From: a candidate division FCPU426 bacterium
GTDB taxonomy: Bacteria > Oederibacteriota > JAAXVQ01 > JAUVAV01
Assembly: GCA_030637655.1 (NCBI GenBank)
Contig: DAOWGI010000056.1
Coordinates: forward strand, 1-24,728
Direction of reading: 5' to 3'
DNA: 24,728 nt
This document shows positions 9,024 through 16,320 of this stretch, piece after piece. Each line of letters begins with the position of its first letter. The first letter of the stretch is position 1. A model generated the notes under the pieces. The model searched no databases. It was not told the DNA's origin and saw only the letters and a list, made by a program, of their open reading frames with translations. The position numbers were made by a program, and so were the translations under genes.

Positions 9024-9745
9024 CGTTTCCTCCGGGCACGGTACCATAAATACCAGGAAGATATTTTCCTTTTAAAATCAGCCGGCGTATCCGAGGGTTT
9101 GACATACACCCGGCGCAAAGCAAAGATATCCGCGGTCACGGATTCGGTTCCAGGTGAGATGGCACAGGCTGCTTGGTAACCTGCAGTTTGTACAGCTATT
9201 CGCGCCTTTTCATTCCAGGCGCCAAACGGGTAGCAAAACACCTCAACCTTGGTTTTTAATTCCTGCTCCAACATTCTCCTAGACCCTTCTGTTTCTGTGA
9301 TTAACGTTTCTTCTGTGACTTCCGCAAGATTAGCATGCGTGGCGCCATGTGACCCGATTTCCCAGCCTTGATCTGCCAAAGCCATTAATTCATTACCCGG
9401 CATACATGTTTCCTGTGCCACATCCTTGCCAACATCCCAAAAATTATGTTGTCCCAGCGCTTCGGCGACCACAAACACAGTTGCCGTAAAACCCTGTTCC
9501 TGTAAAATCGGCCTGGCTTCGCTGTACACGGATTGATACGCGTCATCAAAAGTAATTACCACCGGACGCTTGGGCAGGCCTGATGGATCCTGACCAGCCG
9601 CAGCCAGAGTACTTAACGCAATGGTTCGATACCCCTGCTTATGCAAATACGCCATCTGCCGGGCAAAAGCAGCCCGCGACACAGCCAGATCATTCCCTGG
9701 TTGGGGCTCTTGAATCTTATGATACATTAATATAGGTATATTCAT
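9020..9745 (-). CDS. Polysaccharide deacetylase (CE4/NodB, IcaB-like)
   Basis: IPILMYH, ITFDDAY, EIGSHGATH, FCYPFG and LRRVYV motifs. Confidence 0.92.
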   Translation of the reverse strand: MNIPILMYHKIQEPQPGNDLAVSRAAFARQMAYLHKQGYRTIALSTLAAAGQDPSGLPKRPVVITFDDAYQSVYSEARPILQEQGFTATVFVVAEALGQHNFWDVGKDVAQETCMPGNELMALADQGWEIGSHGATHANLAEVTEETLITETEGSRRMLEQELKTKVEVFCYPFGAWNEKARIAVQTAGYQAACAISPGTESVTADIFALRRVYVKPSDTPADFKRKISSWYLWYRARRKR

Positions 9746-9790
9746 GACACCACAATTTCTTCTCTTAGTTCTGATTTTTCAGAGCCAGGA

Positions 9791-9819
9791 AGATTACCAT
9801 AATTGGTATGGTTTGGCAA
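9791..9819 (-). promoter_or_regulatory. Putative sigma70 promoter of the deacetylase-ligase-GT9 operon
   Basis: Minus strand TTGCCA-N17-TAATCT with an extended -10 TG, 45 nt upstream of the ATG. Confidence 0.5.
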
Positions 9820-9838
9820 ATTCAAAACTGACCAACTT

Positions 9839-10065
9839 GTAACCGGTCAGTGAAGTGCTGTGTTTTGTCAAATAACCCGGAAACATATGGTCTGCTAATT
9901 TATTTTTTCCCAAGGGGAAAGCGCGCTCTTACCCGGCCGAATACGAAATTCTAAATAACTTAGCTGATCGGTAATTTTGAATTTGCATCTACGGAGGCAA
10001 GTCGCGTCCCTGGGAAAAAATAAATTAGCAGACCATATGTCTTTCTCGCTTCACTGATATGTTAC
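9839..10065. mobile_element. MITE-like element 2 (227 bp), same termini as element 1
   Basis: GTAACCGGTCAGTGAA ... CGCTTCACTGATATGTTAC; the right 19 bp are identical to 5517-5535. Flanks CCAACTT / TCAACTT form an imperfect duplication. Confidence 0.65.
9883..10040. repeat. Perfect 30-bp inverted repeat nested inside element 2
   Basis: ACATATGGTCTGCTAATTTATTTTTTCCCA (9883-9912) is the exact reverse complement of 10011-10040. Confidence 0.85.
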
Positions 10066-10207
10066 TCAACTTTGAATATAATAACCTGGGCCAAATTTTC
10101 AGACAAATGTTGAATAACATACCGTCTAAAAAGCTTTTAGGAAAAATTGTATGTTTTTTGAATAATAGAGAAATAGCGAAAATATTATCCAGAACCAAAA
10201 TAAAATA

Positions 10208-12037
10208 TTAACGATATTTTTTTTGAAAAACATTCTTCTGCATCTCCTGTAAAATTTCAATCTCCCTCAATGTTCCAGCCATATTTTCATCATTCGTATA
10301 AAAAATATCAATATTTTTATTTTTAATAAATAAATCAATTTCTTGCTTGGAATCAGTCTTTCCTTGATATAACTCCACTTTTCTAGCATATTTATTATCA
10401 AAAAGCGGGTAAATATAATTATCCGCACCTTTATAATAATACCCAATAGTTTGCACTCCGGGTAATTTGTATATAAAAGCAAATGGATTAGGTGTTGGCA
10501 TATTATTTCCGTATATTGCCGTGGCATTCAGGGGTATTGGTAACCTTATAAACGTTTTAAATCTGCCTTTGTCCACAAAAGCTCCTAATCCTAGTGAAAT
10601 GGTTATTGAAACAGCAAAAATACACAGTATTATTATTTTCAGGATGTCGCTCTTGAATTTTGTGATTAAACCGCCAAAAGCAATTGCAATTGCACCCGGA
10701 AACCAGATAACGTATTTAAACCACCAAGGATAAGGCGCGACAATCATTAAAAAAAGAATAAAAGGAGTGATAAAAAGCAAAGCGGTTAATACTATTTTCC
10801 TGCGCAAATAGTAAGATTTTATAAATAACCACAGAGCAAATACACTTGTAGGTAAAAGAAAAACAAACGCTTGCCCTCCCCAGCCGGAGGTCTCTGACAC
10901 TAAGTACTGCTTTCCATCTATTATTCTACCTAAACCTTTTATATTTAATATAAAATCCTGCCAGGAAGAAGATACGTTTCCCACTTCTTTCCCGGGCAGT
11001 ATAACATTAGTAAAAAGTGATACTTCTTGAGGATATATGGGATTTTGAAATAAAAAGATATTTTTAATATACCAAAATCCGCCGGTCAAAATCATCACCA
11101 GGAAAAGGATTGCCGCATTGACATAATTTTCTTTTAAATAAATCAGCCACTTTTTTTGTAATAAAGAAAGCAGCACAAAAAAGGATAAAACACCCCCTAA
11201 TATTTTCGTGCCTGCCAAAAGACCCAAGACCGCGCAAAGCATATACGCGTTGGCCACGCCGGGTGATTTTTCCAAACGCAATCTAATATAGATGGCGCAC
11301 AAAAATAATGCAGCCATGGGCATATCAGCCAGACAATATTTGGCAGTTTCCACAACAATGGGCATGCATACAAAAAAACCCGCCGCCCAGACCGCATTTT
11401 TTGCAGGTACCCTTAATTCCCGGGAAATTCCATAGACTGATAAAAAAGCCAAAAAAGCAAAGAGCAATCCAGGCAGTTCAATGATTAAATCTATGTTTAG
11501 CAACTGAAAAAACCAATAGTTTAGCAGGGCTACGTTTAATGGGGAAAAAGTCGCGTATTCAGCTGAAGTTGGATAAGGCAGTAAATTTTTATTCTGATGC
11601 CAATAGGGCAAATTCGTGATGTGATATACTATACTGTCCCAACCGAATTCCGGAAAAAGAATAATACAGAATAATTCATAAATACCCAAAATAACCAGCA
11701 TAACCAACAGAACACGGTCAATAACACCAAACGCCATTTTTTCTTTCTTGATAATTTGCCGCTTTTTAAAAATCTTGAAGAAACCGTTTTTATTTTTCAA
11801 GAAGAAAAAAATCATACTACAGCCAACAAGAATAATTACGAGATAGGTTATAGGCGATAAAAATCGTAAAGCATATCCGGCAATTGCTTCCAGCGCCACT
11901 ATGCTTGCGATAAATATAACCATCGCGCTGACTGCCCGGTCATGCCACGTTTGCCACAAATAACCGGCAATAAATATTGCCGCGCTAATTAAAATCCCCG
12001 TATTAATCCATTGAATAACACACATCAGTAAGGTCAT
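10208..12037 (-). CDS. GT-C fold integral membrane glycosyltransferase (GT39/ArnT/PMT-like), AT-rich
   Basis: Many TM segments; GWDSIVYH loop motif, DMPMA, GLLAGTK, and GGFWYIKNIFLFQNPIYP. Confidence 0.7.
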   Translation of the reverse strand: MTLLMCVIQWINTGILISAAIFIAGYLWQTWHDRAVSAMVIFIASIVALEAIAGYALRFLSPITYLVIILVGCSMIFFFLKNKNGFFKIFKKRQIIKKEKMAFGVIDRVLLVMLVILGIYELFCIILFPEFGWDSIVYHITNLPYWHQNKNLLPYPTSAEYATFSPLNVALLNYWFFQLLNIDLIIELPGLLFAFLAFLSVYGISRELRVPAKNAVWAAGFFVCMPIVVETAKYCLADMPMAALFLCAIYIRLRLEKSPGVANAYMLCAVLGLLAGTKILGGVLSFFVLLSLLQKKWLIYLKENYVNAAILFLVMILTGGFWYIKNIFLFQNPIYPQEVSLFTNVILPGKEVGNVSSSWQDFILNIKGLGRIIDGKQYLVSETSGWGGQAFVFLLPTSVFALWLFIKSYYLRRKIVLTALLFITPFILFLMIVAPYPWWFKYVIWFPGAIAIAFGGLITKFKSDILKIIILCIFAVSITISLGLGAFVDKGRFKTFIRLPIPLNATAIYGNNMPTPNPFAFIYKLPGVQTIGYYYKGADNYIYPLFDNKYARKVELYQGKTDSKQEIDLFIKNKNIDIFYTNDENMAGTLREIEILQEMQKNVFQKKYR

Positions 12038-12043
12038 TATTTT

Positions 12044-13051
12044 TTAATACCATACATATAAATCATATATTACTTTCCCACCACCGCCTGCGGATTGATA
12101 AAATACAATTGTGTTTTCACCCACACTCCACTGAGATAAATCTCCGATATCGGCTCTCAATGAATCCGTCGCGTCGATCGGCCCGGATATTCCTGCGCGG
12201 CTTAATACCTCACTGGTAATCTCCACTCCATTGAGACTAATCCGCAGATCACTTAGAAAAGTTTTTGCCGTGTAGGCTGAAACAATTGCCGCAACACCAA
12301 TATCCCCTCCGCTTGTTCCTGTATTTATTGAAAAACTGTAATTATGGACGTGACTTGAATCATTATTATCTATCCAGCCTGGTTGCATATGGTCAGCACC
12401 TGCGGCATTACTCACAATCCATCCACTTCCGCCGGGGCCATAACCTGTTCCGACTCTCAAATCGTGGGAATGAGAAACATTGTTATTACCCGTTGTGCCA
12501 CTATGATCAGCAGAGTGTTGATGCAAGGCAATTTCCCGATAATATATTTCATTAAATTTTTGCAAATGCAGCGACAATGTGATCTCCCGGGGTGTTTTGG
12601 TCAGCAATACATAAAACGTCCCGCCGGAATAATCCGTAATGTCCTTTTCACCTGAGTGCACTTGAGGTATGTTTACATACTCAGCCCGGATCGCGTACGG
12701 CGTGCTATTCAGCGCTTGACGCGGTGACATGGGCGGATCAGCTCCGACCTTTACCTCTAAATAATAATTCTCCGAAAAATCCATGGTTTGCGGAAACGCA
12801 TTTGCCGGAGGTCCGCCCAGTACCAGGTTGAAATATCCGTCCTTAGTATCCGCCGAATAAACTCCCGACCATTCCAAATTACCTCCGGTCAGGTTATCGT
12901 AAATCGATAATGTCAAAGAATAACTACCGTCCGCAACAGGATTACCTTCAGCCCCCGTTAATCTTCCTTGATAATTTATCGTTTTAGGAATTTCTGCAAA
13001 AGCACAACAAGCAATAAGTATCCCACATATAATGAAGATTGTTTTTTTCAT
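12044..13051 (-). CDS. Secreted fibre-like protein: INYQGRLT N-terminal domain plus HxH-repeat region
   Basis: Signal peptide (CCAFA-E); N-terminal domain homologous to 18735..19556; HQH, HSH and HVH motifs in Gly/Ser/Thr-rich context; AAAGGAG RBS. Confidence 0.65.
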   Translation of the reverse strand: MKKTIFIICGILIACCAFAEIPKTINYQGRLTGAEGNPVADGSYSLTLSIYDNLTGGNLEWSGVYSADTKDGYFNLVLGGPPANAFPQTMDFSENYYLEVKVGADPPMSPRQALNSTPYAIRAEYVNIPQVHSGEKDITDYSGGTFYVLLTKTPREITLSLHLQKFNEIYYREIALHQHSADHSGTTGNNNVSHSHDLRVGTGYGPGGSGWIVSNAAGADHMQPGWIDNNDSSHVHNYSFSINTGTSGGDIGVAAIVSAYTAKTFLSDLRISLNGVEITSEVLSRAGISGPIDATDSLRADIGDLSQWSVGENTIVFYQSAGGGGKVIYDLYVWY

Positions 13052-13081
13052 AACTCAATTTTCTCCTTTGAATGGAAGTAA

Positions 13082-13693
13082 TTATTTGATTAAAGCATTT
13101 TTTTTAATAATGACAGTAGTCTTACCTTCATTATTTCTTGCCTTAATGTATAGAAGGTAGACTCCGTTCGCCATATTAGCGGCGTTCCATTGCCACATAT
13201 TTGTACCTGCGGGTAATTGATCCCAATGCCTTGATAAAACAAATTGATTTTGAGGAGTAAATATTTTCAATTCCACTTCAGCCGGCATAGCCAAATTAAA
13301 ATAGATTTTTCCAATAACACCGCGGATTGGATTAGGCGCAGCATATACCCAATCTTTATGCATAATCTCACCGCCAAAACCGCGGATCACAGTCGGAGTA
13401 TAGGTTGGAGTTGCTGTTATAGTTATTGTTGGAGTAGGAGTGGGCGAAAGCGGAAGCATGTAATAAGTATTAAAAAAGCCGGATTGAATTGAATAGGTGG
13501 CGCTGAAAATTTGTCCTACAATTCCCTCCCCGGCAGAATCATGAAGCTTTTTTCCAGACCCTGAGTAGGTGTTGCCAAAAGCATTAATAACCGTCTGATT
13601 TAAATCATAGTTTGGTGAAGAAGCAGCCAGTGCGGATATAGAAAAAGGCAAAAATATTATTACAATGAAAATATTTTTGTAAAATAATCTCAC
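13082..13693 (-). CDS. Small secreted protein with Pro/Thr linker and T9SS type-A-like C-terminal sorting domain
   Basis: GTG start with GGAGGG RBS; signal peptide; short S.NY.L...GF domain; SPTPTPTITITATPTYTPT linker (13391-13447); YAAPNP...ANGVYLLYI...IK CTD. Confidence 0.75.
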   Translation of the reverse strand: MRLFYKNIFIVIIFLPFSISALAASSPNYDLNQTVINAFGNTYSGSGKKLHDSAGEGIVGQIFSATYSIQSGFFNTYYMLPLSPTPTPTITITATPTYTPTVIRGFGGEIMHKDWVYAAPNPIRGVIGKIYFNLAMPAEVELKIFTPQNQFVLSRHWDQLPAGTNMWQWNAANMANGVYLLYIKARNNEGKTTVIIKKNALIK

Positions 13694-13746
13694 TTGCTTT
13701 CCCTCCGGCTACACAAATATATATAAATATAAAAGACTTTTCGACC

Positions 13747-13774
13747 ATTATAGAACACGACATATAAAACGCAA
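13747..13774 (-). promoter_or_regulatory. Possible promoter for the small CTD / fibre / GT-C unit
   Basis: Minus strand TTGCGT-N16-TATAAT. Confidence 0.4.
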
Positions 13775-13775
13775 A

Positions 13776-13943
13776 TTATTTCATATGTTTTTTCTTAAAT
13801 ATCACCCAGCCGTCCTGTTCAACAACCACCTCATAATCAGGACTGGCATAGAAAGCTTGGGCTGTATCTTCGATTTTTTGACGATAAGGAAGAATTTTGG
13901 CCTGCTCTAAATCAAAAAAAGCGTACTCAGAACGCGAGATCGG
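13776..13943 (-). pseudogene. C-terminal remnant of a membrane glycosyltransferase-like gene (DUF2079-like tail)
   Basis: 55 open codons after an in-frame TAG with no plausible start: SEYAFFDLEQAKILPYRQKIEDTAQAFYASPDYEVVVEQDGWVIFKKKHMK*. Confidence 0.45.
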
Positions 13944-13955
13944 CTACTCCAACTC

Positions 13956-16253
13956 TTACTTTTTTGTTTTTCGTGTTGACTGCAGCGTGGTGCCCATATG
14001 AATAGTTCCGTCCTGGATTTTCATGCGGCCCAAAACAACATCTCCTGAAAAGCCGGACAATTTAAATAAGGGATTAAAATCTTCCACCACCGGCTGGAGC
14101 CACCAGCCTGGTATAGGCAACCAGCCGAGTTTCACGGAATGAATCTGAAAGCGAAGATTTTGCGAGGTTTTCACCTGCGGATCAGGAATTACGCGCAAGG
14201 AAATCGTGGCTTGCACTGGAAAAAGACCCGTCCAGCGCGCGGTTAACTTGTTGGCTTGGCAGGACACACGCAAAGATTGGATAGCGCCTGTAGCCTGACT
14301 GATGGATTGGTTCAAATCCTCTGCTTCCAGCAAGACCTCATTGATTTTCATGCGGCCCACCGTATACGGCAGTAATTTTCCGATTTCCAATTTTTCGATA
14401 TCCAGTATCAGGTTGTCGAGTTCGACATTCAATCGCTGAAAAGGCACACCCAAGGGATTGTGCTTAAAGTCTCCGACCAAACCCTGCTCAGCACGTACCA
14501 ATATTTTTTTAAAGCGTCCCAAGCGGGTTTCCGTCTCGGAAAACGGAACAATATCAATCGCATAGGTTTTGGCATCCTGGATATAGGCAGAGAGCAGATA
14601 ATGGAGTTCCTCTTTGACTAACGCTTCAATGGTTTGGGACGATAGCTCGGAGAGCACCTCTTGGCGCGCGTACAGCAAGGCCTCGGACTTGTCCGGCAAG
14701 CTATATTTTTGCAGCAGTTCAAAGCGCGGAGCCTGGGCCCGTGATTCAATCTGTAAAGCCAGACTGATCTTTCCGGGCTTTTCGGTATTAAAGTCCAGAC
14801 CCAAGCTTCCGGTCTTGGTCACCGCGTAATCCGTAAACATAGGCCAATTCGAGGTACTGCTCAACCGGACCATGTTTTTTCGGCTTGATTGCTCAACCAC
14901 AAAATTTACCCGGGTAAAATTAGCTGCATCCGGGATAATACGCAAAATGGGTTTTCTGCCCAAATTCCGGCTCCGCTCCTCAACCTCGGCTAAGATGGCA
15001 CCTAATGGCCAAGCGCGCGCATCCGGCGCCAAGGAATCAATAATTGGTGTATCCATGATCTTAATCTGCGTCAACTTATGCAACCAGCCGGTTTTGGCTC
15101 CCAGATGCACGTAACCCATATGTATTAAGGCCAGCACGGCTATTCCCAGCACCACTTTTTCTTTCACCGGTTTTTTCAATCCCTGAATCCACGTCAAGCC
15201 GGCCAAACTGAGCAGGGGCAGCAAAGGAATAATGTAACGGTGATCTTTGTTGCGAATCAGCATTAAAATCAGATATGGACCAGCCAGCCAGATCGCCATC
15301 CATCCGGATACTTTGTGGCGTATAAAAAACCAGATCAAGCCGATATATATCACCACAGCCATCGGGATAGAGGTTTGTTTGAAAACAGAACCCAGATAAT
15401 AAAACCAGGCTTTGGGCGAGAGCAGGGAGGGGTCATTTTCCAGTACACCCCGGGCATGGATATAGCCTGAGGTGTTTTTAACAAGTTTGATAAAATGAAC
15501 CACATACCAAGGACCAGCCAGGCATCCGGCAATAGCATATGCCAGCAACACAAAAAACCATATTCGACCGAGCTGCTTGTGTTTCTGCACCGTTGCCACC
15601 AAGGCTGCAATAAGGGGCGGAAAAGCCAGAAAAAATAGGGCGCTCCATTTAGTCAGCATGGCCAAACCTAAAACCACGCCGTAGGTAATGACCCAGCGCT
15701 TGCGCAAAAATTGCTCTGACGCCAGAAAAGCATAAAATCCCAAGGTTACAAAAAAAGCCAGCGAAATATCCAGCATAAAGACCTTGGACTGAATAATGAC
15801 CGCCGAGCCGGCCGCAAAAACATAGCCGGCCAGAATGCCGGTTTCCTGACCAAAGGTCCTTTTGCCCAGTAAAAAAAGCACCCAGATGATTCCGCCAATG
15901 AAAAAGACATCTAAAAAAGCAGCCGTATCGGTTGAGGGACTGGTAAGCAAGAAAAACAAACCGGCGATAAATTCTGTCAAAGGCGGATAAAAATCGGACA
16001 AATACAAGAGGTTGTGAAGCAAACCCCATCCTCCCTGTTGCAACACTTTAAAATATCCCACAGCACCCATATAATGGGTAGACTCATCCCAGGCCAAAGG
16101 ACGCGCATCCACAAAGAGCCAGACCAGGTTGGTTAAAATTATTGCCGCCAACAATGCCGCGAGGTAGGCAGTCGTGGAAATATTGCATTTTCCTGAGAAT
16201 ATTTCCGGGATTTTTATAAATATAGTATTCTTCGGCTCTGCCACCCAATTCAC
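13956..16253 (-). CDS. ArnT/GT39-like GT-C glycosyltransferase with C-terminal DUF2993/LmeA-like domain
   Basis: PLAWDESTH, FYPPL, MLDISL, GLAMLTKW, PWY and KDHRYIIPLLP motifs; the ~230-aa C-terminal domain is paralogous to that of 16321..18618. Start position uncertain. Confidence 0.8.
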   Translation of the reverse strand: MNWVAEPKNTIFIKIPEIFSGKCNISTTAYLAALLAAIILTNLVWLFVDARPLAWDESTHYMGAVGYFKVLQQGGWGLLHNLLYLSDFYPPLTEFIAGLFFLLTSPSTDTAAFLDVFFIGGIIWVLFLLGKRTFGQETGILAGYVFAAGSAVIIQSKVFMLDISLAFFVTLGFYAFLASEQFLRKRWVITYGVVLGLAMLTKWSALFFLAFPPLIAALVATVQKHKQLGRIWFFVLLAYAIAGCLAGPWYVVHFIKLVKNTSGYIHARGVLENDPSLLSPKAWFYYLGSVFKQTSIPMAVVIYIGLIWFFIRHKVSGWMAIWLAGPYLILMLIRNKDHRYIIPLLPLLSLAGLTWIQGLKKPVKEKVVLGIAVLALIHMGYVHLGAKTGWLHKLTQIKIMDTPIIDSLAPDARAWPLGAILAEVEERSRNLGRKPILRIIPDAANFTRVNFVVEQSSRKNMVRLSSTSNWPMFTDYAVTKTGSLGLDFNTEKPGKISLALQIESRAQAPRFELLQKYSLPDKSEALLYARQEVLSELSSQTIEALVKEELHYLLSAYIQDAKTYAIDIVPFSETETRLGRFKKILVRAEQGLVGDFKHNPLGVPFQRLNVELDNLILDIEKLEIGKLLPYTVGRMKINEVLLEAEDLNQSISQATGAIQSLRVSCQANKLTARWTGLFPVQATISLRVIPDPQVKTSQNLRFQIHSVKLGWLPIPGWWLQPVVEDFNPLFKLSGFSGDVVLGRMKIQDGTIHMGTTLQSTRKTKK

Positions 16254-16273
16254 CTGCTTTAATTATATTTAAA

Positions 16274-16305
16274 TTGTAGAGACGCGATTAATCGCGTCTC
16301 TACAA
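16274..16305. repeat. GTAG-type REP-like perfect palindrome (32 bp)
   Basis: TTGTAGAGACGCGATT|AATCGCGTCTCTACAA, intergenic. Confidence 0.85.
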
Positions 16306-16320
16306 CAATTATTGCGGTTT

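Noticed and set aside
5360-10065. GTAAC...GTTAC elements as integron attC sites
   Set aside because: The ends do not fit RYYYAAC/GTTRRRY, element 1 has a target-site duplication, and there is no integrase or single-gene cassette array.
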